A DNA stretch of 63,646 nt, filler included, from 12 parts of 12 records of this genome joined end to end with filler, not necessarily neighbours in it, one strand, 5' to 3'. Shown: positions 32,488-45,005, counted from the first letter of the whole stretch. Numbers and translations: made by a program. Notes: a model not told the origin generated them from the letters alone.

Positions 32488-33654
32488 TCATGCGTGCATC
32501 TGAAATACATTCTTGTCAAGCAGGTATTGTAGCTTTGGCGCGTATCTGGGGTCGCTCATGAATCTCGTGAAGTAGCCTGGTTGTCCGCACATCTGTAGAA
32601 TCGGCTGAAACTCTGGGTCCGACATGATCTCCTTAACCTTGGGATCGTTCAATGGAAGGGCTGCCTGTGCGGCCGCTTCCTCCTTCGCCTTCTTCTCCGC
32701 CTCCTCTTTCTCTTTGCGATCTTTGTCGTCTGCTATATTCGAGAAGTGATCCCCCATCAAGCCCATGAACTCCCTCAGAAACTCCGTCACTTGCTTGTCA
32801 TTCGCATACTTTTTCGACGCGGCCGCAGAATCCTCCTGCATCTCCTGCATTGCCTTCTGACAGCGTGGGTCCGCAAAGCCACGCATCAGACGCGGGTTAT
32901 TTTGGAATCGGGACATAAAGTCGCCGTTCATCCACTCGCTTTGCTTCTCACTCGCAGCACCGAGAGCCTGCTGCACCTCGTCCAGCTTCCACTGGGACTC
33001 TTGTTGTGCCTCCTTGAACTTCGGCGTCACGACCTCGATTATGTCGTCATCGTCGGCCTTCTTTCCCCTGTCCTTCTTCTTGCCTGCCGAAGACTTCTTC
33101 GCCGCTGCACTGTCCAGGAAACCCTTCTCAAGCGGCTTGCTCATTGTCAGGTTCCCTGGCTTCACGGCCAGCGGCTTCTTCATCCCAGCTATCCTCAGCA
33201 CGAAGCGCCCCTTCTCTGCATCAAAGCGTTGTACAACCCCCTGTTTGCCGTTGTGCTGCGGGGCTCCTTGTAACCCGCCGACCTCCACTGTATCACCCAC
33301 GGCAAACAAGGTGGCAGGGTCCTTCGGCTCCGCCGGCTTGGGCTTGGGCTTGGGCTTGGGCTTAAGCTTCGCAATCAGCGCGTCGTGCGCGGGCGTGCTA
33401 GCCTCCTCGTCAGGCCGCTTCGGCCGAAAGGGATCTTGGATTTTTTCCTCCAGATCGAGCAGGCTGCTGTTGGTGCTAGGCTTCGGCGCGGGTGCAGCAT
33501 CGTCCAGCGGCGGTGGGCCGTCATCTGCGAGTGCGGCAGCAGCGAGCGTCAGCAGCCGCCCCCCCACACACACACACCCAATCGGTGAGCAACGCGACGC
33601 ATGCGTACCATCGAAGTCATCCAGCGGCGGCGGCCCGTCCTCGTCAAAGCTCAT
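32488..33654 (-). CDS. STI1/HOP-DP domain co-chaperone-like protein with a KOW/SH3-like insert (intron 33608-33525)
   Basis: NPRLMRGFADPRCQKAMQEMQED..KKY and DPKVKEIMSDPEFQPIL..FMSDP..KLQYL are STI1-like; VGDTVEVGGLQGAPQHNGKQGVV..GRFVL module; the in-frame 84-nt GTACGC..GCAG intron splits the DGPPPLDD repeat. Confidence 0.75.
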   Translation of the reverse strand: MSFDEDGPPPLDDFDGTHASRCSPIGCVCVGGRLLTLAAAALADDGPPPLDDAAPAPKPSTNSSLLDLEEKIQDPFRPKRPDEEASTPAHDALIAKLKPKPKPKPKPAEPKDPATLFAVGDTVEVGGLQGAPQHNGKQGVVQRFDAEKGRFVLRIAGMKKPLAVKPGNLTMSKPLEKGFLDSAAAKKSSAGKKKDRGKKADDDDIIEVVTPKFKEAQQESQWKLDEVQQALGAASEKQSEWMNGDFMSRFQNNPRLMRGFADPRCQKAMQEMQEDSAAASKKYANDKQVTEFLREFMGLMGDHFSNIADDKDRKEKEEAEKKAKEEAAAQAALPLNDPKVKEIMSDPEFQPILQMCGQPGYFTRFMSDPRYAPKLQYLLDKNVFQMHA

Positions 33655-34024
33655 CGTCGTCCCAGCGCGCACGTGGTCCACGCAGAGGCCTCGCTGCGCC
33701 GTCCTGTGTGCGGTGATAACTACTAGTACGTGTAACAACAACGACGCCAATCCCACGAACGTCCCACCCCGGGCAGGTCGATTCTCATTCATGCAAAATA
33801 AAGCGCCGGAGTGTACACATTCATTTTACATTTCTGGCCAGTCTCCGTTAGGAAATTAGAAAATAGGGTACGATGCCGGATGTATCCTAGATACTGTAAA
33901 GAACCTACCTTAAGGTGTATTGTGNNNNNNNNNNNNNNNNNNNNNNNNNNNNNNNNNNNNNNNNNNNNTTAATTAATTAANNNNNNNNNNNNNNNNNNNN
34001 NNNNNNNNNNNNNNNNNNNNNNNN

Positions 34025-34075
34025 GCCCCCACGTAACCCAGCAAACCAGGCGTCTCAGTGCAGATCCGGGCTATC
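34025..34075. repeat. 51-bp dispersed repeat, copy 2 (contig start)
   Basis: 47/51 identical to 16927-16977. Confidence 0.9.
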
Positions 34076-34642
34076 CCATGCCCGCCACGAAACCGGTATA
34101 CAGCGGTACGGACACGACTGCTGTAGTACTACTCTGAGTACTGTCGCGGCCGGCCAGCATGGCCATGCCACCATGCATGCAGCCAGCCACGCCAGCCCCG
34201 CCACGCACGCGCGGCGCGAACTAACTCGCGCGCGTGGCGTGCCTACATGTACGCGTACTCTCTATATATTATATACTGTGGCACGGTATGAATTTGACCA
34301 GCATGCCCGTCCGCGCCGCGGCGCACGCGCGGCCTGCAAGAAACGAGGTCAAAAGGCGTCAATTCTATACCGCAATCGCGCATTGCGCGCCCTTGCTACC
34401 TACCCCCAACTCTTGCAAGCAAACCTTTTTAATTCTAGTTAAGCAGGCTTGTTCGGTATACGGATCCTTCGATTTCGATGATTATACAGATTGCCAAGGC
34501 TCCCTCCGCCTCTCCGGGTTTTGCGTCCTTCATTATTTTTACAACGTTCTTTGAAAATGTCAAAATGATCCGCCACTACCTTTTGTAGAAGGTATTGCCA
34601 CGTGCAACATCACCTATCTGTGACCTCAACGTGGCGTACGCG

Positions 34643-36889
34643 CTATGGCGGCAATGACTCCGACGACGCCACCTCGCTAACGGCGGCGCTGAGCAACTCA
34701 TCTCCTCGCCCTCGTTTCTTCGCAAGGCAAGGAGGGAGCGGAACCGTCGTCCCATTAGGATATGGCCGGCTCAAGGTCTCCGGGAGCAGCATCGTGGAGA
34801 CTGGCACGCACCCCAGGCAACACACGAAGATGAAGAAGAGCGTGGATGTACCTCCAATAGCGTTCGGAAGGTAGCCCCCCACAGATGTTCCAGCCACGCC
34901 AGAAGCGTAACATGCCGCGAGTACAGGCGCGTTGTAACGTGTCGGGTAGAGCTCTGGGACGCTTAGATACATTGTGTTGAAGACAGCGTTCGCGAATACT
35001 GTGCCGATCCTACCCGATGCGAGCGTGCGTACACACGTTGTGTAGTATCGCAAACAAAGATTAGCCCCAACAGGAACCACCAGTGGCAGCTAGGCAGTCG
35101 AGTATCTACCTTGCTAGAGTATGTTGCATGTCTAGGGGCGGAGGAGGGGGGAGCTTACATGCTCATCGGCGTAGCAATGCTAGGTAAAAAGGCTCCAAGA
35201 GCCATCACGACACACACTAAGCCGTACATGACTGCGTTGCCCTTCGTACGGCCCCAGCGAGGCTGGTCAATAAAGCGCGTCCCAAAATAGGTTGACGGGA
35301 ACAACGGAAGAGCCGAGGCCAGCACCCAGTCTGTGTACGCGTCACCGCTGCAACGAACAAGATTGAGCAATGCTGGGCAAGCTACCTTGCACAGTGCGTG
35401 TGGCGGCGCAAAGGGGTGCAGTTGAACACGAACCTCAGATTTCCAGAGTTGAAGGCAATCCCGTAGTAAGACAGTGAGGCACAGAACCACAAGTAACACA
35501 GCCCAAGCAAGGTCAGGCATGTCGGGCCCTTCAGCAGAGTAACCAGGTCAGCCAAAGTCAGCTTGCCTCCACCATCTCCGTCGATTTCATTGTTTCCTGC
35601 CACGTCGCCAGCGAGTGTGATAGAATCGGGTGGACTCTTCGTAGGTTGCAGTTGTGAATATGGTGGGTCTGGTCGTTTGCCAAGCAATGCTTCCATGGCG
35701 GCATCGGCCTCTTCGAATCGACCTTGGTCGATCAGCCAGCGAGGCGATTCTGGGACGTAGGCGATGATCAGAATGGCTTGGAGGAGTACGATCAGCCCGC
35801 AACTCGCCTGCAGGAAGCGCCAGGATAACTGCAACCACACGACGACGAAATACGAGAACGGTGCAAGCAGCAGCGTCTTCACGTCCCAGCCGTAGCTCCA
35901 CATCCTGACAGAATACTTCGTGCGGTTGGCTGGGCCGCAAAGCTCCGCAGCCATTGTGAACCCAGGCACTGTCGCCGCTGAATAGGTAAAGCCACAGAGT
36001 GCGCAGGTGAGCGAGTATGACGCATAGCCTTCGCACAGGCTTCCGAGACAGAGGACAATCCCAAAGGTAAGCTGCCCACAGCTATAGACGGTCTTGCGCC
36101 CGTACATGTTCGAGAGCCCTGAGCCGAGGAAACCGCCGACCGGACTCAGCATGGAACCCCAGACGCCGATCATGCCGATGAGCGCTGTGTCCTCACAGAA
36201 CAACTCGAAGTCACGTGCCAGCGTTGAGTGGTCCTCCTCGCAGATCCGCCCCTCCTGCGGGCATAGCGCGCATGTCGATGATGCGCAGCCACCCTTTGGC
36301 GGCGCTCGGCACGGATTGCCAGTGATGTCGAGCTGCCCAGTGCATTCGGACGCGGGGAGCTCGGAGAAGTCCGTGCGGACGGAGGTGACGCACTTCGGGT
36401 TGCCCTCCTCAGGGTCGACCGGGCAGCACCCGGGCCCGCCGATGGCGGCGGCCTGCAGCAGCCCTCCGTCGGTGCAGTTGCAGCGGCTCGCGGCGTCGAA
36501 CGGCAAGGATACAAAGTAGCGCACTGCAGTTGCAGGTGTGGCAGCGAGCGCCACAGGGTTCCCATGGCAAGGGCACACACGCAGTGAGATTTGGTTCGAA
36601 GCAATGCCACCGACTCAAAATGATCATATCTCGGGGTCGGCGGCAGCAGCAGGCTGACAGCATGCCAATGGCATGCCAGCGAGTGAGGGTTGAGCTTTGC
36701 TTCCTTACCGTACGCATTGTCTGGGACCCACCACCCGCCCGCGAGGATGAGGAAGATCATCAGGCGCTTGCTATTGGGCGGTGCGTCCAGACCCTCATCG
36801 ACGCGCCCCGACAGCGTCCCCCCACTATCCGTCATATCCATACCGCCAGCCGGGTGGTCCGGCGGGGCTGCAGCAGCAGTGCTCCCCAT
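34643..36889 (-). CDS. MFS transporter, SLC22/organic cation transporter-like, multi-exon
   Basis: TLARDFELFC, LSNMYGRK, AELCGPANR, PESPRWLI..GRFEEA, SLSYYGIAFN, WGR, ELYPT, LLPETL; Cys-rich loop 1; several short GT-AG introns link ORFs 36170-36910, 35382-36578, 35155-35520 and 34643-35080. Confidence 0.88.
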
Positions 36890-37665
36890 ACAATTATGTA
36901 CTTCAATCACTCTTCACTGCTGGGGCGCTGCTTCGCTATTTACATCTTACATGATTATATAGCTTGAAGGGGTGTAGGTCGGCTGCACCGTAGTTGCATT
37001 CATCTAAGGCTGAGCGCAGAGGAGGCCAGCCAGCAGCCCTGTGCTCAGCTAAGGACGGTCTCGCAACCGCCGGGGCCCGCGCCGCCACGCAGCGCGAGCC
37101 GGCCGCCCGCGCGCCCGGGCTACGCTGCCAGGCACGCACATCGCGACGCACGGACGCGGAGGCGCATATATATGATATCAATTTATTGATATTGATATAT
37201 GCACGCACCCGCGGCGGCGGACCGCCGTCGGGTCCGTCGTCGCGCCCCGGATGCATCAACCATCATGCAAGACTGATCCTGTCTTCGGTGCAGTATCGGC
37301 ATACGGAGTACCCAGGTTGAATGAGTGCCATGGCAAAGTGCGTGACCGCGGCGCGTGCGTGCCACGCCGCAGTCGGCGATGCAGACGATGATGCTGCGCT
37401 CGCGTGGGGGCTGNNNNNNNNNNNNNNNNNNNNNNNNNNNNNNNNNNNNNNNNNNNNTTAATTAATTAANNNNNNNNNNNNNNNNNNNNNNNNNNNNNNN
37501 NNNNNNNNNNNNNTGCGTTGCGCAGTTGCCCCCCCCCCCCCCCTTCCCCGCATTTCTCCGTTGGATGCTGCGTCTGCTGCCCTGGTGCACAGCCGACCGC
37601 GCCACCAGCGGTACCGCGGAGTGGCCGAGCATGGGCTTACCGGGTGCGTGTGTTGGATCGTTCAG

Positions 37666-37747
37666 AGGACGGAAAATCACCAAGAAGGGGCAGAAGGACC
37701 TCGATTTGGTGGCCACAACCCTGACTGCGCCTGCTTCCGAGTGGTAA
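37666..37747 (+). CDS. RPS19: Final exon of 40S ribosomal protein S19 (eS19); the rest lies beyond the contig edge
   Basis: After a TTCAG acceptor: GRKITKKGQKDLDLVATTL..*, matching the eS19 C-terminal GRxxTxxGQxDLDxIA motif. Confidence 0.75.
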
Positions 37748-37894
37748 ATAATTTACTCCGTATTGGGTGAAATGCTCAAGTCTTCTCTCCTATGTGGCAC
37801 TCAACGTGGTGGCGCTCGAGCCGAGTGGTGTGCTATAAGCGACGAAGCGGGTCGCACGACTCAGCGGGTGGCTGCGGAACCTGAGGATCGTCCC

Positions 37895-40857
37895 TCATGG
37901 TGCCTTGTCGTCGCAGGGCTGTGGTGTGGACGAAGATGCAGGAGATGGATTCTGGGCCTGCAACATGGCGCTACCCGGGGTCGGCGTCTGTCGTAGTTGT
38001 CCACGTCGTTCACTATACACACCGCACAGCGCGCGCGCCTCCTCACCAGCCCTGCGCCCCACTCCCAGGAGTAGTCGAACTTGTCCCCAGCAGCCAGCGG
38101 GTCGTTGGTGAGCAGTTTCGAGCGTAGAAACTTGAGCATCACGGATTCTCAATAGCGTATAATCCTGCAGTCGTTGCCACCCGGCAAGTTCTCTACTGTT
38201 GCTGGCGACGACTGATCGCTGCTCCCGGCAGTTGTAGGACAGAGTCCTCCATTGGCGGACAACCTGTAGAGACTCGCCTACCAGTATCCACGGTCCTCGT
38301 GGCTTAAAGTTGCAGGTAGCGTTGAAGGTAGCGGACTCGCACAAGCCCTCTTTCGCACGGTACCTGGTACAAATGCATTTATTTCGTTGGGTGCTACGGG
38401 CCATCTAGGCCGCACTCCTAGCTGGCCTTCAATCGAGGGTCGACGTACCAATCCATGCACCTCGTCCATAGCCTGGCGAGGGCCTTTGAACCACGCGTGA
38501 CCACTCTAACTGCCGGGGCCTCAGGCAAGCTACCTAGTAGCAGCCCAGTCGCAATGCCTTGGACAAACAGCCCAAAGTGGTTAAGGGCGATGATCTCGAG
38601 CACGAGCCCTTCCATCGTGGGCAGGAGAACCCCGATGCCTACGGCGATCTGCAGGATCAGTCCGAGCAGATTGCAGAGACCAACAGTTCTCAAAAGCACC
38701 GACGACCACATCGGTAGTGTCGGATCCGATGTTGGCGACATCAGTGGGGCGTCAAGGTCTGTTGGAGCTGCAGCAGGCGGCAGAATGGGTTTGAATGGAT
38801 CACTCTGATCCATCGGTGACTGTCTGCCCTGCCGCTGCTCCCACACTAGTCCTCCAATAGCTACAGCTGAGAGGCACGTAGCAAGCCCTGATGAAGCAAG
38901 TGCGTAGTCTCGGTACGCTGTCGTCATCGCTGAAGACTCATCGCGGCTACTGAAGCACGACCAGCACGTCAGGTCAAGTCGTGCCCAGATGCCAGTGCCC
39001 CACATCAATCCGACCCAAAGAGATGGCAGCAGCCAAGCAGTCCATAAAATTCCCCACTTCCCCAGTCGAACAATCTTCCACAGGAGACTCGACGTAGCCG
39101 CTTCCTTGTGCAGTCGATGAATGTCGGATACAATGATGATCACGCCCCATATCCTCGACGCGGTTACCTGTTTGCATGCAGACGAGTCGTGTGGTTATTG
39201 CAGGCAGGGTGGCCAGTGGCTGTTTGGACAGTGCTGTTGATTGACTGAAGGCGGGTAGCACAAGTACAAATGTGTGCTTTCTCACCATTCCTTCGATTCC
39301 GAGCGTGCAATTCTTTGCCTGTGTCGGGTATAGAGTACGGAAGGCAACGTCCGAGCATATCGCTGACAGTAGAGGGTAAGCTGCTTGGCACGCTGCCAAG
39401 AAGAACACACTCCACACCAGATGGTGCCGTCGCCATCCCATACCTCTGCGCGTGGGCGCGAGGATCATAGAGGCCGAGACAAACAAGGCCCACAATGAGC
39501 CGACGACGGATGCCCAACCAATTTGTTCTACAAACAGCAGGACATTTGTTGCCGCCTGTGCGCCAGCTGTTCTCAGATCGATGGTGATCATCTCCGCGGA
39601 TGCAAACGCAAGCGGAGCAAAGAGCACGGTACCAATCACAGTAGAGAGCGCGATGAGCGAGCAATCAGTCTCACTGGCTCCATATCGCTCAGCGAACAGA
39701 AGATTCTGTGCGGACGATGGGAAAGTGCTGTATACAAATGCGAAACGGCTGAGCTGATCGCTGCCTGTCAACTGCAGCACAAGTAGCCGAGACACCACTG
39801 GCAGCAGGAGAGACTTAGCGCACACGATCAAACCCGCTTGAATCCAGCGGCGAGCTGTAATCTCGCCATAGTCTTTAGTAGACGGTGCCATCTGAGATGC
39901 CATGATGGCGTGACGTCGTTGATTTCGAGGCCTGCCGGTCGCTTCCGAGGATTGGGATTGAATTGACTCTCTGCGACTGCGGTTGTCCTGGTCCATAGCA
40001 GCAGAAATCAGCGCGTCGGGCGCGAGCAGGTTTTGATCCTCTGACTCACTATCTTCCTCCTGCTCGGGACTCGCGAACATGCTGGCTCCGAGGCAAAACA
40101 GCGCGAGCGACGAAAATGATGCGCCGACGGTATCGAGCACACCTGCGACGAACCCTGGAAGCCGTGCTCCAATGCCTGAGATGTTTGCGAGCACCCCTAG
40201 CGCAACACAAAACACGACCGGATTGGCGATAGTCGGCAGTAGGACTTGTTTCACAATGAACAGGCAGTTGATCCCTTCGACGGCCTGCCCTGGATTAGCT
40301 GCTGCTGTGCACCGGCGGCGCGCTACAACCGCAGCGAGCTCCAGTATCGAGAAGCAGATCGGATTGATCACCAGCAGTGTGATCGGTGCCATGAGAAACA
40401 GGTATGAGAAGCCGTCTACAGCGCCGTTTTCACCGGTGAACAAGGCTCTCACGATCGGCAAGCCGAGCGCGAAGTCATTCGACGACGTTGCACACATCGC
40501 GAACAGAGAGCCCAGCGACCAGCTACGTGTCTCTACGGGCGAGCTTTCTGGTGTGAGGTAGGCCGTCAGCAGCCCGACGAGTGCGGCCACGGACCCCTTA
40601 GAGAGGAGCATCCCCAAGAGGAACATCGGGTCCGCCTGTGCGATGTCCAGCTGCGCGATCGAGAGAAAGCAGAGCGCCGGGAGAGAGTACGCAGCGGCAA
40701 AGCGTCCGAGCCCTGCGGTGACGTCGCGTGGCGTCCAGCCCACGCGGGCACTGACATATCCCAGGACCACGATCACCATGGTCTCCAACAGCGCCGGAAG
40801 CAGGTTCTCGAGCAAATCAGCCCCCGCGCCCTCGCCCTCGCTGCCATCAGAGCTCAT
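37895..40857 (-). CDS. GPR155: GPR155/LYCHOS-like protein: PIN-type transporter domain fused to a GPCR-like TM domain (introns 39285-39168, 38448-38364)
   Basis: NLLPALLE..VLGYVS, GLGRFAAAYSLPAL, ATSSNDFALGLPIVRAL, YLFLMAPITLLVINPICFSILE, NPVVF, FVYSTFP, APLAFASA, then further TMs ending FVQGIATGLLLG, paralleling GPR155 motifs. Confidence 0.82.
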
Positions 40858-41336
40858 CAACACCCGCTCTCCCAAACCCACCGGGCCCTTTCACAGTGCC
40901 ACCACCCTCTCCAGCGCCCCCAAAACCACCCTCAGCGCGGCCATTCTCATCAGATACGCCGTGCAGATGCGGTGCCCATCTTCGTGTGATGACTTGGTAG
41001 TCACAAACGGGGCTACTACAGAATGGTACGATTTTCCGGTACAGACTGCACNNNNNNNNNNNNNNNNNNNNNNNNNNNNNNNNNNNNNNNNNNNNTTAAT
41101 TAATTAANNNNNNNNNNNNNNNNNNNNNNNNNNNNNNNNNNNNNNNNNNNNCGGACTCACCACCGCTCAAATGGCTGTGTGCACGTGACTCCGGGTCGTC
41201 CAGGTGCGGACGCACGCGCGAGCGAGCTACGCCGCGCGCGACCGGCCGGCGCCGGGCGCGCCCGGCGCGGCGCCGGGGACGCCGGTCTCTCCGTGGTCAG
41301 CAGCAGCAGCAGAAGACGCGTGGGAGACACAATACG

Positions 41337-43657
41337 ATGTCCCAGGAGGAGTCGCAGTCGGGAGACCTCGTGCGCCTGCTCAATGCCGCGCGCTGCGAGG
41401 ACTCCTGCAGCGCAGAAGCGGCGCAGGCGCTTGCCGATGCAGTGCGAGTGCGGGCACGTAGCGATGCCGGGCGCGCCGCGGCGGGTGCGTTGCCTGGTCT
41501 GTTGGAGGTACTGGTGGCCGTGCTGGGAGATGCACGCCTGATCAGCGCGTGGCCCAGCACGGCTGGGGCGATGGCCAACCTTGCGGCAAACAACGACCAG
41601 AATCGCGATGCCCTCGCCGACGCCGGAGCACTAGCGCAGCTCGCGTCTGCGTGCAAATCTTCCTCGGGGCCGGACTTTGATCGTTGCGCCGCCGCGGCAC
41701 TGGGGAATATTGTCGCGGACAACGGTGCATGCCAGCAGGTCGCTATCGACAGCGGTTGCGCTGGCGCGATTGCCAACCTGATAGTGGCCGACGACGCCAG
41801 CGTGCGCCAGCTCGCGGCGAAAGCCTGCGAAAACCTAGGTTCAGGCCCGCACGTCGTTGGTGCACTTGTGGAGGCAGAAGTGATAGAAGCCTTGTTCTGG
41901 GTGGTCTTGAAGCACACCGAAACCGCAGCAGACGTCCTGGTTGCGCTCTTGCACATTCTGGCTGTGCTTCCCGCAGAAGCACCGCTCACCCGGATGGCTC
42001 CGCGCGGCGCTGTCGACGCGCTCAGTGCGGCCCTCCGATGCGCGTCAGCAACAGTGCGGGCTGGGTCGCTAGCGGTATTGCAGCAGATTGTGCCGCCCGG
42101 CACCCCACTGTCTGACGACGATATAGCAGCGTTTGGCAGCGAGCTGGTCGATGAACTACTCCAGCTCATTTCCTCTGATTCCGGTGTGGAGCTCACTACA
42201 CAGCTGGCGTCCTGCGCAATTATACGTTCTGTTGTGCTAACAACAGCAGGCAATTCACTGCTGTGGGAGCGCTCCGCCGTCGCGCCGCTCACAGCTGGTG
42301 TGATGCACACCACTGCTGCTATCGACACAGAAACTACAGCGGGCCAGGAGCTCTTGGACCAGGCGCGGCTTCGGCTCGACTGCCTTTGCATCCTCAACGC
42401 GTTGGCAATTTCCGAAGAACGATGTCTCAGCATGGCCAAGACCAAGCCGTCCAGCGAGTCTGCGGCCTTGCCAGTCGAGTGTGCGGGGACAGCACGAGAG
42501 TTGCGTGCAACCAGGCTCGCTGGTACAGCTGGCCCAGAACCTGAGCCTGAGCCCGAGCACCAGGTTTGCTCCAACCTGGCCGCTGCGTGCGTGGCAGTGT
42601 CACGACATAAACACGACCTCGAAGGCACGCGGGTTGCCATCAATCTACTGCGCAACCTTGCACTGCCGGCCCCATCTGCACGACAACTGCTTGACTCTGG
42701 TGTACTGGCTGCGTTTGGCAACGCGATACAGCACAAGGATCCCAATGTGGGAGCATGCGCAGCGGCTGGCTTGCGCATTATGGCCTCGCACAGCACAAGA
42801 GCAAGTCTGGCAATGTGTACGTCACAGTGGTTTGCGCACCAAAGCGATCGGGCTGCAGTTGGCGATGTCGACAGCCTGGTGGATCGATTGCTCTGCGTTG
42901 ACTTGGAGAAAACTCACCGTACGCTTGCGTTGTTTCGGCTGCTGCTGCGCGTTTTGGTCTTTAATGTTGCAATAGCGCCGTTGTTCGAACCACCCCGGTG
43001 ACTGACTGACAGACTGGCTGTGTGTTTGCGATCAGCACATTGCCGCGTGGAGCTCGCTCGGACCCTGGCGTTGGTGGAGGTTGCTGCTGCAGACTACTGG
43101 TCTCGTTTGCGCTCTCAACAAACACCACAAGACACAACTGTTGAGACAGAAGCAATAGCAAGTGCATTGCGGGCTCTGGTGTCGGAAAACGGAGTTGGCT
43201 TCATTTCTTTCGTGCGTTAGCTAGGGCGATTTGTTCCAGGATTCACGCGCCTGTCTAGTCTAGCTGCTACCTGCCGTCAGCGCTGTTGATCCATTTTTTC
43301 TCATCTGCTCTAACATTCGCGTGGGTGCGATGCTGTGCTGTCTTGGTGCTGTGATAATTGTCCGGTGGATGCACGTCGCTTTACACACGCATACCCGGGC
43401 AGCTACTGCTGTCGAAAGCGCCAATTCTGCACCAGGAAGCACTGAGTGCGCTGGCAGCAGGTCGTGCTGTCGCTTATGGCTCCGGATCAGATGGCACACT
43501 TCCACCCCTCGGTATACGAGACTCAGAGGATCCTCTGCGCCACGGCAGTGAGACTAAAATTGCGGGCACAGAACAGACAGTCCGCGAGATCTTGATGGGG
43601 CTGCGACACTCCGCTGCTATCGGGCAGATGGTGAATGCGTTGCTTGACGTGCAATGA
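41337..43657 (+). CDS. Armadillo-repeat protein, SmgGDS/RAP1GDS1-like (introns 42919-43035, 43212-43402)
   Basis: ARM repeats (AMANLAANNDQNR, ALGNIVADN); LLRNLALPAPSARQLLDSGV, HCRVELARTL and ILHQEALSAL resemble the SmgGDS C-terminal repeats. Confidence 0.7.
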
Positions 43658-43765
43658 ACCAATGTGCTTTCGGACAGTGTCTACTAAGCATTGAATTGGC
43701 ATGCGTCCATTTCTCGCCGGCATGTGAATACAAGGAAGTGAGCGCACAGACGACAGCTTCTGTGA

Positions 43766-45005
43766 CTATGCGCCGCCACCTCCAAAACGTTCCATTCGCA
43801 TATTGCGCAGCGTGTTGGCGGACGGCAATCGTTGCAGCTCACCGGTGTCATCTCCTGCGTCCTCCTCCTCATGCTGCTCCTGTGCCTGGTCATCCTCGTG
43901 ATTACACGGGTCCGCTACCGGCTCGACTTCAGGCTCGGGCTCCATATCCGGCAGAGCAGGAAAGTCAATGACACATGAGCCGTCAACCTGCCGAGCTGAT
44001 GCCTCTCCCGCCGCCGATTCAAGTTGCGCCTCCGGCTCAAGCCGGTCGAGTCGCAGGTTCCGCATTGTATTCGCAGATGGAAGCCGGCGCAAATCATCGC
44101 CCAAATCCTTAGTGTCTGCATCATTTGCGACACAAGATCTGTGCTGGTCGACTACAAGCCCAGAAGGAGATGTAACATCTACTGGAGGCATTTGTCCTCC
44201 TAGAGTTGCACCCTCGGTGAGCTCGCCACTGCCCTCCAAGCTGCTAGGAGTCATAAGATGTTCCACGCGAAGGGTGCGAAGCGTGTTGTTGCTGGGACCT
44301 CGCGTCAGCTCTGCGCCGGCATCATCATCGCCCAGTGCCTCTGTTTCCTCACCAAGAGCAGCCTGTGCAGCTGAAAGCGACCAGTCGTTTGCAGCGAGGA
44401 CGCTCTCCGCCTTTGAGCGGCTCACACCAGCAAGGTGCTGGAGAGCCTTCACCAGACGGGCCTGATGCTTGCGATCATCTTCTGCTTTCGCAGCCCCAAC
44501 CTCCTCTGCAGCTTTTAGAGCTGCCAGTAAATCAAAGCCTGCCTTTTGTAAGACCTCTCGAGCGGCCGCGTCATCGAGATTGGGGGCTACTTTACGGACT
44601 TCCGCTACATCGTCGGTTAGATAGCTCATATCTAGCGCAAGCTCGGCGTTAAATGTCGACTTCAGGTCCACGCCGTCCACGTCCAGATTGCCAGCAGCAT
44701 CCTCAGCAGAACCAGCATCAGGCGCTGCCGCCTCTTCCTCTTGCGCCTCTGGGTTATGTACGCGCTGCAACCGTGTCACAATGAACTCGAACACATCGCG
44801 ACCTTCACCACAGTGGATCGGCACAACTGAGCCTGATGTAAGTGTGCAGAAGTCCCTGGACAGAGGGCCACTCAGCACTGACGTAACATCGAAACTACCG
44901 TCTGCTGCCTCTGCAGCACCGGCTCTGACCAGTTCTTCAAATCCAGGTGTGATGCACTTGAGTTTGACACCATCACACGAGGGAAGGAGCCATGGCTCGA
45001 TGAGC
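43766..45005 (-). CDS. UFD1-N-like domain + two UBA-like domains + three C-terminal helical repeats; 5'-truncated
   Basis: VKLKCITPGF..VLSGPLSRDFCTLTSGSVVPI..FEFIVTRL resembles the UFD1 UT3 second lobe; AAREVLQKAGFDLLAAL and KAESVLAANDWSLSAA are UBA-like; frame open to the contig end. Confidence 0.65.

Noticed and set aside
37861-38142. Possible DEP domain exon for the GPR155-like gene
   Set aside because: Splice phase points to the other frame (37895-38363), and neither frame shows a DEP signature
41297-42796. 499-aa minus-strand ORF, and similar long antisense ORFs over PK, the channel and the STI1 gene
   Set aside because: Antisense shadows of GC-rich real genes; Ser/Ala-rich with no motifs
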